Shown: positions 28,753-37,273 of the stretch, one piece after another
Layout of the letters: the number at the start of each line of letters is the position of its first letter
Numbering within the stretch: position 1 is the stretch's first letter
From: Myxococcota bacterium
GTDB lineage: Bacteria; Myxococcota_A; Polyangia; Nannocystales; Nannocystaceae
Assembly (NCBI GenBank): GCA_039028615.1
Contig: JBCCHT010000051.1
Coordinates: forward strand, 1-64,000
Reading direction: 5' to 3'
DNA length: 64,000 nucleotides
Position numbers and translations under genes: made by a program
Notes under the pieces: generated by a model
What the model was told of the DNA's origin: nothing
The model's input: only the letters and a program-made list of their open reading frames with translations
Database searches by the model: none

Positions 28753-29697
28753 TCAGCCCCGATCTTCGTCGTTTTCGTCGGGCCCGACCCGCGCCAGCGC
28801 CGTGCTGGGTGCGGCGGCCGGAGCCTCGGGGAGCATGGCGCGGAACATCGACGCATCGCCGGAGCCCGGCGCCAAGGCTCGGAGTCGGGACTGAGCTTCA
28901 CTGGCCAAGCGCGTACCGGGGAACGCCTTGGCTGCTTCCTCGTATCGCGACGCGGCCAGCTTGCGCTCGCCGATGTGCTCGTACGCCTGCCCCAGATGGA
29001 ACAGGTACACGACGAGCGCCGGGTTGAACTCGAGCGCCTGAAGGCCTGCTGCCAAGAGGTCGGCGCCTTCTCGCGCATGACCCATGCGAACGAGGCACAG
29101 ACCCTCCACCGAGCTCCACGCCAGCTCGACATCTCGCCGAAACACGCTCGGGACGTGCTCGAGACATCGGTCGCGATCGGCACGAATCTGCTCGAGCCGC
29201 TCCTGGGTGGGCGTCTCGGTGAGCACGGCCAGCTCGTGGTGGCCAAACGACGCCAACGCCTGCAGATGAGGCGCGAGCTTGGCCTCGTCCTCGGTGGTGC
29301 CGTACACGACCCGCGCCTCGTCGAGCCGCCACTCGGCCACCAGCAGCCCGCCCAGCTGGGCCCGAGCCAGCCACTCGCGCTCGTGGCTGACCGCCTCGCC
29401 CGACTCGGCCAGCAGAAGCTCGCGCCGCAGCCGCTCTTCGAGCCCGCGGTGCTCTCCCGCCGCGATCGCCAGCCGCAGGGTGTTGGCGTCGGCGAGCGCG
29501 CGGCGCTGACGGCCCCACCCGATCGCCCATGCGCCCAGCGTCATCCCGAACGCCAGCGCCGCGAACACGGTGAGCTCAGCCGCGCAGCCCGACAGACAGC
29601 ACAGCGCGACCACGCCCACCGCACGCCCGAAGATCCCGGAGGGGATCGTGGGGGCCGTCGGGGCCGGAGTCGGCTGGAGTGCAGCGGGGTGCAGCAT
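28753..29697 (-). CDS. TPR-containing membrane protein
   Basis: N-terminal hydrophobic segments; C-terminal TPR YLFHLGQAYEHIGERKLAASRYEEA. Confidence 0.7.
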   Translation of the reverse strand: MLHPAALQPTPAPTAPTIPSGIFGRAVGVVALCCLSGCAAELTVFAALAFGMTLGAWAIGWGRQRRALADANTLRLAIAAGEHRGLEERLRRELLLAESGEAVSHEREWLARAQLGGLLVAEWRLDEARVVYGTTEDEAKLAPHLQALASFGHHELAVLTETPTQERLEQIRADRDRCLEHVPSVFRRDVELAWSSVEGLCLVRMGHAREGADLLAAGLQALEFNPALVVYLFHLGQAYEHIGERKLAASRYEEAAKAFPGTRLASEAQSRLRALAPGSGDASMFRAMLPEAPAAAPSTALARVGPDENDEDRG

Positions 29698-29821
29698 CGC
29701 GCGGCAGAGCATAGCGCGCCCTCGTCCCTTCGCCGACGGAAGCCGTCCCCACCTCCGCGTGGCCCGCAAACCCGGCCTCCGTGTGCGTCAGCGCGCTGAC
29801 CTGGGCTGCTACAACATCGAG

Positions 29822-30847
29822 GTGCCGCGACCGGTGGCCAATCCGCCCAACCCCTGGAGCTCGACCCACGTCGAGTACCTGGGGCCACCCCCGCCTGCGA
29901 CCCTCGACGTCTTCGAGGAGCAGTCGCGCTCGATCATCGCGACCAACGACAGCCCCGACATCCCCTTCCGCCACGGCATCAACCCCTACCGCGGCTGCTT
30001 TCACGGGTGCGCCTACTGCTACGCCCGGCCCACCCACCAGTACTTGGGCTTTGGCGCCGGCACCGACTTCGAGCGCAAGATCGTCGTCAAGACCAACGCG
30101 GTACAGCTCTTGCGCGACACCTTCATGAAGCCGAGCTGGCAGGGCGACGCCATCGCGTTTTCCGGCGTCACCGATTGCTACCAGCCGCTCGAAGCCAACT
30201 ACCAGCTCACCCGCGGCCTGCTCGAGGTCTGCCTCGAGTTCCGCAACCCCGTCGGCATCATCACCAAGGGCGCCTTGATCGAGCGAGACCTCGACCTGCT
30301 CGTCGAGCTGTCGCGGGTCACCACCGTGCGCGTCTACCTGAGCATCCCCTTCGCCGACGACACCATGGGGCGGGCCATCGAGCCCTACGCCGCGTCCATC
30401 TCGCGGCGCTTCACCGCCTTGCGAGCGCTCTCCGACGCGGGCATCCAGACCGGCATATCCCTCTCCCCCGTCATCCCCGGGCTCTCCGACGACCAGATCC
30501 CCGAGATCCTCGAGCGCGGGTTCGAGGCCGGGGCTCGCCGCGCGTTCATGATCTTGCTGCGCCTACCCGCCCAGGTGCAGCCCGTGTTCGTCGAGCGCCT
30601 GCGCCAGGCCGCGCCCCTGCGCGCCGACAAGGTCCTGTCCGCCCTCGAGCAGAGCCGCGACGGTGCCCTCTACGACCCCCGCTTCGGCCATCGCATGCAG
30701 GGCAAAGGCCCGCGCTGGGCGGCCATCGAGGCGCTGTTCACCGCCCACCGCCGCCGCCTCGGCTTCGAGCTGCACGACGACGAAGATCTCCGCGACTGCG
30801 CCAAGACCTTCCGCCGCCCCAAGATCCAGCAAGAGCTCTTCGAATGA
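29822..30847 (+). CDS. PA0069-family radical SAM protein (SplB-like)
   Basis: NDSPDIPF..GINPYRGCFHGCAYCYARPTH; SGVTDCYQPLE; PVIPGL. Confidence 0.93.
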   Translation: MPRPVANPPNPWSSTHVEYLGPPPPATLDVFEEQSRSIIATNDSPDIPFRHGINPYRGCFHGCAYCYARPTHQYLGFGAGTDFERKIVVKTNAVQLLRDTFMKPSWQGDAIAFSGVTDCYQPLEANYQLTRGLLEVCLEFRNPVGIITKGALIERDLDLLVELSRVTTVRVYLSIPFADDTMGRAIEPYAASISRRFTALRALSDAGIQTGISLSPVIPGLSDDQIPEILERGFEAGARRAFMILLRLPAQVQPVFVERLRQAAPLRADKVLSALEQSRDGALYDPRFGHRMQGKGPRWAAIEALFTAHRRRLGFELHDDEDLRDCAKTFRRPKIQQELFE

Positions 30848-30861
30848 GGTAAGCCTCGCGC

Positions 30862-32004
30862 ATGTCCAAGCGCGACCTGAGCCCGGCGACCCTCGCTGCC
30901 CAAGCCCTGGCCCAGCACGAGCCTCACCACCGCGGCCTGGTCCCTGCGCTATACCCCTCCGCCTCGTACATGCGGGCGCCCGACGGCAGCTACCCCGGCG
31001 GACACAGCTACTCGCGCGACCAAAACCCCACCATCGACGCCCCCGAGGCCCTGCTCGCCCGGCTCGAAGGCGGCAAGGAGGCTCTGCTCTTCGCCTCGGG
31101 CATGGCCGCCGCCACCACCATCTTCGAGACCCTGCCGCCCGGCGCCCACGTGCTCGCGCCCCGGCACATGTACTGGACCATTCGCGGGTGGATGGCCGCG
31201 CTGCACGAGCGCAAGGGCATCGAGCTCGAGTTCTACGACAACGACGATCTCGAGGCTTTCGGCGCGCGGCTGCGGCCGCTACAGACCGCCCTCGTCTGGG
31301 TCGAGAGCCCGAGCAATCCGCTCGGCGTGGTCACGGACATCGCGGCGGTGGCCGAGCGGGCGCATGCCGTGGGCGCGGTGGTCGTGGCGGACGGGACCTC
31401 GGCCACGCCCGTGCTGTGTCGGCCGCTCGATCTCGGGGTGGACATCGTGATGCACTCGGCGACCAAGCAGCTCAACGGGCATGCGGATGTCTTGGCCGGC
31501 GTGCTAGTGGCGGCCGATCCAACAACGCCCATGTGGCAGGCGGTGCGGCACGAACGAGGGTACCGGGGCGCCGTGCTCGGGGCGTTCGATGCCTGGTTGC
31601 TGCTGCGAGGGCTGCGGACGATCTTCTTGCGGGTGCCGGCGGCGTGTCGGGGGGCGCAGCGGGTAGCGGAGTTCTTGGCTGGGCATCCTCGAGTGGAAGA
31701 GGTGTTCTATCCGGGGCTGCCGGATCACCCGGGGCATGCGGTGGCCGTGAAGCAAATGCGCGGCGGGTTTGGCTCGATGGTCTCGTTTCGGCCGAAGGGG
31801 GGCGAGGAGCGGGCGCGGGCGGTCATGAATGCGCTCGAGGTGTTTTGTGATGCGACTTCGCTTGGGGGGCTGGAGAGTCTGGTCGAGCATCGGGCGCGGA
31901 TCGAGGGGGACAAGAGTCCGTTGCCGGCGGACTTGTTGCGGTTGAGCATGGGGATCGAGGAGCCTGAGGATCTGGTGGAGGATCTGCGGCGGGCGCTTGG
32001 GTGA
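30862..32004 (+). CDS. Trans-sulfuration PLP enzyme (cystathionine gamma-synthase/lyase family)
   Basis: YSRDQNPT, FASGMAA, ESPSNP, HSATKQLNGHAD, SLGGLESL, LLRLSMGIE. Confidence 0.93.
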   Translation: MSKRDLSPATLAAQALAQHEPHHRGLVPALYPSASYMRAPDGSYPGGHSYSRDQNPTIDAPEALLARLEGGKEALLFASGMAAATTIFETLPPGAHVLAPRHMYWTIRGWMAALHERKGIELEFYDNDDLEAFGARLRPLQTALVWVESPSNPLGVVTDIAAVAERAHAVGAVVVADGTSATPVLCRPLDLGVDIVMHSATKQLNGHADVLAGVLVAADPTTPMWQAVRHERGYRGAVLGAFDAWLLLRGLRTIFLRVPAACRGAQRVAEFLAGHPRVEEVFYPGLPDHPGHAVAVKQMRGGFGSMVSFRPKGGEERARAVMNALEVFCDATSLGGLESLVEHRARIEGDKSPLPADLLRLSMGIEEPEDLVEDLRRALG

Positions 32005-32005
32005 A

Positions 32006-32265
32006 GGGAGTGGGGCTTTGGTTGTTCGGGGGGTGGGTTTGCTTGGAGTTCCGTTGGCGAATTGTTCGAGCGTGGGGCTTGCCTGTTTAACGGCTGGAAC
32101 CCTCCCCGGACGTGCTCGGCGGCCGTATTGGCCGAGTGGTTCGCGACGGGTGTCGGCGGCCGCCTCCGCGCGACCGGGCCCCCTCCATCCTACGCGGCTT
32201 CGCTTCAGCCCTCCCCGCGACTCGGTCTCCCGTTCGAACGGTTGTGTGGGTTCTGCTTTGTTGGA
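32006..32265 (+). repeat. ~235-bp non-coding repeat unit, forward copy F1 (left outer arm)
   Basis: Near-identical to copy F2 and to the reverse complement of 33283-33543. Confidence 0.95.
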
Positions 32266-32273
32266 GGCAGGTC

Positions 32274-32491
32274 TTGCTTGGAGTTGCGTTGGCGAATTGT
32301 TCGAGCGTGGGGCTTGCCTGTTTAACGGCTGGAACCCTCCCCGGACGTGCTCGGCGGCCGTATTAGCCGAATGTTTCTCGACGGGTGTTGGCGGCCGCCT
32401 CCGCGCGACCGGGCCCCCTCCATCCTACGCGGCTTCGCTTCAGCCCTCCCCGCAACTCGGTCTCCCGGTCGAAAGCCGGTGTGGGTTCTGC
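32274..32491 (+). repeat. Repeat unit, forward copy F2
   Basis: ttgcttggagtt at 32039 and 32274 gives a 235-bp period; few substitutions versus F1. Confidence 0.95.
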
Positions 32492-32572
32492 CCAATCCCT
32501 GAATGATCTCATTTCGCGGTAGTGGGGCAGAGTTTTGGCGAAGGGAGGAGTGCTCTGCGAGGGAGCCGAGAA

Positions 32573-32752
32573 TGTTCGACCGGAGGGCTCGCCTGTTTAC
32601 CCGGACGTGCTCGGCGGCCGTATTAGCCGAGTGTTTCTCGACGGGTGTTGGCGACCGCCTCCGCGCGACCGGGGCCCCTCCATCCTACGCGGCTTCGCTT
32701 CAATACTCCCCCGCGACTCGGTCTCCCGTTCGGAAGCCGGCGTGGGTCCTGC
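32573..32752 (+). repeat. Repeat unit, forward copy F3 (internal deletion, more diverged)
   Basis: Shares ccggacgtgctcggcggccgtattagccga...catcctacgcggcttcgcttca; lacks the cggctggaaccctc segment. Confidence 0.9.
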
Positions 32753-32954
32753 TCGAGTGCCTCGGTGTCTTGCTTGCAGCTTCGGTGAGGCTCGCATGTT
32801 GCTCGAGGTGCGTAGGAATTGGCTGGGAACGTGCGAACAAGACCGACGAGTGAGAGCACCTCATGGCAAGAGGCTGCCCAATGGGTGCGGTCGCGAAAAG
32901 GAGCCTGTTTCTCGACGAACAACCTGGGACTCCACCGCAGCGAATCTCTCCCGC

Positions 32955-33282
32955 GCCAAGCCCCTCGACAGAGCAGGGACTACGCTTCAGTAGCTCGGGA
33001 GGCTGAGTGAGGGCGAACGCGAAAAAGAAGCCGGTTGGGATAGACAACACCGGTCGCGTGGAGACGGCCGCCGACGGACGTGACGAAACATTCGGGTGAC
33101 ACGGCCGCGAGCACGTCAGAGGAAGGTCAAGAGTTCACTGTGGAACAGCGACCCCGGATCGGCCGCTCGCTCAGCAACGATTCGACAGGAGATTGGGATC
33201 GCCCGAACTCGCCTGGGATTGAGCAAACAGGCGACTCCGACACTCGAGCAACTTGCCAATGTAGCTTCAAGCAAACCCACCC
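32955..33282 (-). repeat. Degenerate reverse copy R2, interrupted by ~100 bp of unalignable sequence
   Basis: cggtcgcgtggagacggccgccgac and acacggccgcgagcacgtc align with R1; 33225-33282 aligns with the start of the unit. Confidence 0.7.
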
Positions 33283-33543
33283 CCCCGACAAAGCAGAGCC
33301 CACACCGACGTTCGAACGGGAGACCGAGTCGCGGGGAGGGCTGAAGCGAAGCCGCGTAGGATGGAGGGGGCCCGGTCGCGCGGAGGCGGCCGCCGACACC
33401 CGTCGCGAACCACTCGGCTAACACGGCCGCTGAGCACGTCCGGGGAGGGTTCCAGCCGTTAAACAGGCAAGCCCCACGCTCGAACAATTCGCCAACCCAA
33501 CTCCAAGCAAACCCACCCCCCGAACAACCAGAACCCACTCCTC
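33283..33543 (-). repeat. Repeat unit, reverse copy R1 (right outer arm)
   Basis: Reverse complement matches F1 over ~260 bp with only scattered mismatches. Confidence 0.95.
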
Positions 33544-33644
33544 CCTCTCATCGAACACACAACCTCCGACCACCAAGACGCCCCCCGAACCCCCGCCCGG
33601 AAAGATCGAACGCCGACCTCCAGGGAACATTTGCTCGCAGTGGG

Positions 33645-34376
33645 GTGTCCGATCTCCCCGTGGATGCCCGCGCAAGCACCGAGTCACGCCCAAAGCCGCA
33701 GGGCGGCGTGCAGCGGTGGGTGGTTTGTCTCTGCGTCGGCATCGTCATCCTGAGCCTGATCGGCATCGTCGGCGGTGGCTTCCTGTGGGCCGATGCCCGG
33801 CTGCAGCAGTGGGCCGAGACCACCGCCGAGCGCCGTATCCAACGGCGCCTCCCGCAGGCCGACCGCGTCGACGTGAGCCTCGGCTCCGACTCGGTTCTGT
33901 TGGGCCTACTGCTGGATCACGAGGTCCCCGGCGTGCACGTGCACATCGATCGCGTCCACCACTTCGGGTGGGAGCTGAGCGACCTGCGCTTGGATGCCGA
34001 GGGCATCGCCTTCGATCGAGATGCGTTGCTCGACGAGTATCGGCTGGTGATTACGGGCATCGACTCGGCCTCCATGGCGTACTCCATTCCCGTCGATGAG
34101 CTCGCCGAGGTCGTGGGGCGGCCGATCACGGTCGCCGATGACCGACTGTGGACGACCGAGGGAGCCACGCGGCTGACACTGCGGCCGGTCATCAAGGCGG
34201 GGTGGCTCGTGCTCGAGCGCTCTGGCAAGGAAGACGGGCCGCACCTGTACTACCCGTTGCCGATGGAGGGTTCGATGCCCTGCGCTCCGCGGATCGACCT
34301 CGAGGCCGACCGGCTGACGGTGTCGTGCGGGCTCGACTCCCCGCATCTGGACTTGCCCGAGCTCGCGCTGGGCTAA
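33645..34376 (+). CDS. DUF2993/LmeA-like membrane-anchored protein
   Basis: N-terminal TM helix followed by AETTAERRI...VDVSLG...LLGLL pattern. Confidence 0.6.
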   Translation: MSDLPVDARASTESRPKPQGGVQRWVVCLCVGIVILSLIGIVGGGFLWADARLQQWAETTAERRIQRRLPQADRVDVSLGSDSVLLGLLLDHEVPGVHVHIDRVHHFGWELSDLRLDAEGIAFDRDALLDEYRLVITGIDSASMAYSIPVDELAEVVGRPITVADDRLWTTEGATRLTLRPVIKAGWLVLERSGKEDGPHLYYPLPMEGSMPCAPRIDLEADRLTVSCGLDSPHLDLPELALG

Positions 34377-34443
34377 AGAGCCGGCCGAGCATCGGGCGCT
34401 AAACGACGTACTTCGTCGAGCGTGATCCAGACGGTCCGCCGCG

Positions 34444-34468
34444 GGAACCTGCCCTGCGAACGGAAGTC
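34444..34468 (+). promoter_or_regulatory. Candidate ECF promoter GGAAC-N17-GTC
   Basis: GGAAC ctgccctgcgaacggaa GTC, then 6 nt, then ATG at 34475. Confidence 0.3.
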
Positions 34469-34474
34469 GCCACC

Positions 34475-35833
34475 ATGCCTTGGTCCTCACGCTCGCGCCC
34501 ATCCCGTCGCCCCCACCCGCCTCGTTTTCCCTCCCGGCCATGGCTCGGCTTACCCACGTGGGTGGCCGTCGCGGTGGCCCCGGCGTGCGGCGATGATTCC
34601 GGGCCGCCCATCGACACCGGGTCGGGGCTGACCTTCGCCACCGGACAGGGCAACGGCGACACCCAGGACGGCGCCGAGTCGGACCCGCCGGGGCCATCTT
34701 CGGGGGCGAGCGATCCGACCGGCGGTGAGTCGGTCGACTCGAGCGGCACGGAGGGCAGCGGTGAAGCGTGCCCGGAAAACCCCTGCGAAAACGAAGGGAC
34801 GTGCACGCTGGTGAACGAGCAGCCGGAGTGCACGTGTACTCGCGAATACTGGGGCCAGACCTGCGAGCACCCGCGCTTCGTGGGGACGATCTTTCAGGGC
34901 AACGATCAGGCGCTGGCCATCGACGAGACGGGCACGGCGTGGACGTGGGAGATCGACGACATGCCCTCGATGCTGGAGCCGGTCGCGGGCCTGGTGGAGG
35001 TGGTGTCCAACCCGGAGCACGTCACGGCCAATCGCACGCGCATGGGCCTCGACAATCAGGGGGAGGTGTGGACCTGGAGCGGGTTGGAGATCACGCCCGC
35101 GCAGCAGGACCAGCTGCCGCCCATCGCGGCGATGAGTACATCGGAGTACTACGCCCTGTTCGCGGCCCAAGACGGCGGATTGTGGCAGACGCACTATCAC
35201 GACGGGGTGCAGTCGATGGACGAGCCCGCAGACGTGCGGCGGGTGTTCATCGGCACGACCGATCTCGCCCTCACGGCCGATGGCACGGTCTGGCGGCGGC
35301 CGAACGCGAGCCTCACCATGGCGATGCCGCCCTGGGAGCAGCTCGACTTCGTGCCGCCCGACATCATCGAGGTCTCGACCACGATGATCGACGGCCCCAG
35401 CCACTTCCTGGCCCTGGACGCGTCGGGCACGGTCTGGGCGTGGGGAGCGAACGAATTCGGTCAGCTCGGCAGCGGTTCGCCGAGCCTCGACCCGGTGGAG
35501 GACCCGGTGATGGTGGAAGGCCTGTCGAACGTGGTGGACGTGGGGGCGGGCGATGGCTTCAGCATGGCGCTGGTCGACGACGGCACGGTCTGGGCCTGGG
35601 GCTACGGGGCGGACGGGCAGCTGGGTGACGGCATCGCGGAGGACGACCACAGCCGCTGGCTGCCGCACCAGGTCCTCAACATCACCGACGCGGTGGCCAT
35701 CTCGACGGGGGACGATCGCGGGCTGGCGCTGCTGGGCAACGGGTCGGTGGTGCAGTGGGGCCACGGACAGTTCTCGGCGGACTTCCCCACGCCGTCGCTG
35801 GTGCCCCTGCCTCCGGTGGCGGCCGTGCCCTAG
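34475..35833 (+). CDS. Lipoprotein with EGF-like domain and RCC1-like repeats
   Basis: APAC lipobox; CPENPCENEGTC...CTC...WGQTC; GTVWAWGANEFGQLG and GTVWAWGYGADGQLG. Confidence 0.85.
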   Translation: MPWSSRSRPSRRPHPPRFPSRPWLGLPTWVAVAVAPACGDDSGPPIDTGSGLTFATGQGNGDTQDGAESDPPGPSSGASDPTGGESVDSSGTEGSGEACPENPCENEGTCTLVNEQPECTCTREYWGQTCEHPRFVGTIFQGNDQALAIDETGTAWTWEIDDMPSMLEPVAGLVEVVSNPEHVTANRTRMGLDNQGEVWTWSGLEITPAQQDQLPPIAAMSTSEYYALFAAQDGGLWQTHYHDGVQSMDEPADVRRVFIGTTDLALTADGTVWRRPNASLTMAMPPWEQLDFVPPDIIEVSTTMIDGPSHFLALDASGTVWAWGANEFGQLGSGSPSLDPVEDPVMVEGLSNVVDVGAGDGFSMALVDDGTVWAWGYGADGQLGDGIAEDDHSRWLPHQVLNITDAVAISTGDDRGLALLGNGSVVQWGHGQFSADFPTPSLVPLPPVAAVP

Positions 35834-37026
35834 CCGCTGCGCGTAAGTCCCAGCACGGCGAGGCCTTCGTCGAGCACCTTGCCGCGATCGCTGGTGGATA
35901 CGGCAACATCGGGCTTCAGCCCGACGCCGTCGATCACTTCGTCTTTGGGCGAAAAGTAGCGAGCGATGGTCAGCTTGAGGACGGAGCCGTCCGGCAGCCC
36001 GAGCACTTCCTGCACGGTGCCCTTGCCGTAGCTGCGCTCGCCGACGCTCTTGGCCCGACCGTTGCCCCGCAGCGCGGCGGTGAGCAGCTCGGCCGCCGAC
36101 GCGGTGTAGCGGTCTTGCAAGACCACGATGGGCGTGTCGCGATCGGTGCCCGCTTCGTGGGCTCGCTCTTCCCGGAGGATCACGCCGCCTCGCCCTCGGG
36201 TGCGGGTGAGGATGCCGTCGGCCACGAACAGGTCGGCCACCACCAGCGCTTCGTCGACCGCCCCGCCGGGGTTGGCCCGTAGATCGAGCACGATGCCGGC
36301 CACGCCATCGCGGCCGGCCACGCGTCGCAGCCGAGCGAGCTTGTTCTTCACCGCCTCGCCGACGCCGGCCCGAAACGCACGCAGGTGCACGAGCGCGACC
36401 TTGTGCTCGCGACCGTCGGGGCTGGTGACGGCGAGCAGGCGACCGGTGACCAGCTCTTTGGGCGGCGCCTCGAGCTCGAGCTCGAGCTTGCGCGGCGCCG
36501 GATCGCGAGCCCGCTGCACCCGCATGGCGATGAGCTCACCGACGGACCCGGCCAGGCACGCCTCGGCCTCGAACTGATTGGACAGGCTGGTGGCCTGGTG
36601 TCCGTTGACGGACAGGATGCGATCGCCCGGCTCGAGGCCGGCCGCGTCGGCGCTCGAGCCCGGCATCACGCCGACGATCTCGAGCCCTCGCTCGGCCCCG
36701 GGCCCCGCGGATCGCAAGTGCACGGATAACCCCACCGAGCCGCCCTTGGCCCGGTCGCGCATGGCCTTGCGTTGCTTGGCGGTGAGAAAGTGGCTGTGCT
36801 CGTCGAGGCCACCGACGATGTGCTCGAGCGCGGCAGCGAGCAGGGCGGAACCATCGACGGGCTCGATGTAGCGATCGAGCACGGCGTCGAGACCTTGATG
36901 GAAGGCCTTGCGATCGAAGCGATCGCCAGTCGCGGCCGCTTGTGGGCCGTCGGAACCCAACCCCACTGCCAAAGCGGCAAAGACTGCCCCGCACGCAAAA
37001 CCGCTCCACCAGGCGCGCTTCCTCAC
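35830..37026 (-). CDS. Carboxyl-terminal processing protease (S41A, CtpA-like, with PDZ)
   Basis: LDEHS, PDZ AGLEPGDRI, LDLRANPGG, TASAAE, GERSYGKG, GVGLKPD. Confidence 0.92.
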   Translation of the reverse strand: MRKRAWWSGFACGAVFAALAVGLGSDGPQAAATGDRFDRKAFHQGLDAVLDRYIEPVDGSALLAAALEHIVGGLDEHSHFLTAKQRKAMRDRAKGGSVGLSVHLRSAGPGAERGLEIVGVMPGSSADAAGLEPGDRILSVNGHQATSLSNQFEAEACLAGSVGELIAMRVQRARDPAPRKLELELEAPPKELVTGRLLAVTSPDGREHKVALVHLRAFRAGVGEAVKNKLARLRRVAGRDGVAGIVLDLRANPGGAVDEALVVADLFVADGILTRTRGRGGVILREERAHEAGTDRDTPIVVLQDRYTASAAELLTAALRGNGRAKSVGERSYGKGTVQEVLGLPDGSVLKLTIARYFSPKDEVIDGVGLKPDVAVSTSDRGKVLDEGLAVLGLTRSG

Positions 37027-37273
37027 AGTTCGCCATCGTGACTGACGAAGCGGGCCAGGTAAAGCGAAGCGCGGGCGAAACGACGGTCGGGAGCCGTGCT
37101 CGTCGGGGAAACCGGCGGAAACAAAGCGCCACGAACCGAGGTTGCCCCGCCCGCGCCGCATTCGCGTACGCCCGAACGGGAACGTTCCCACCAATCATCG
37201 CGTGCAACCGTGGTGGCCGTGGTCCGTCCCGGGAGGGCACAGTTGTCGCCCCACCCCCAGGAGACCCCCCGGC

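Noticed and set aside
32006..33543. CRISPR array or integron attC array
   Set aside because: Units are ~235 bp, occur in both orientations and lack regular unique spacers or gene cassettes; no cas gene or integrase is in the window.
31997..33693. Short ORFs across the repeat region (e.g. 31997-32506, 33116-33538)
   Set aside because: They are translations of the repeat in inconsistent frames between copies, with no GC3 bias or recognisable motifs.
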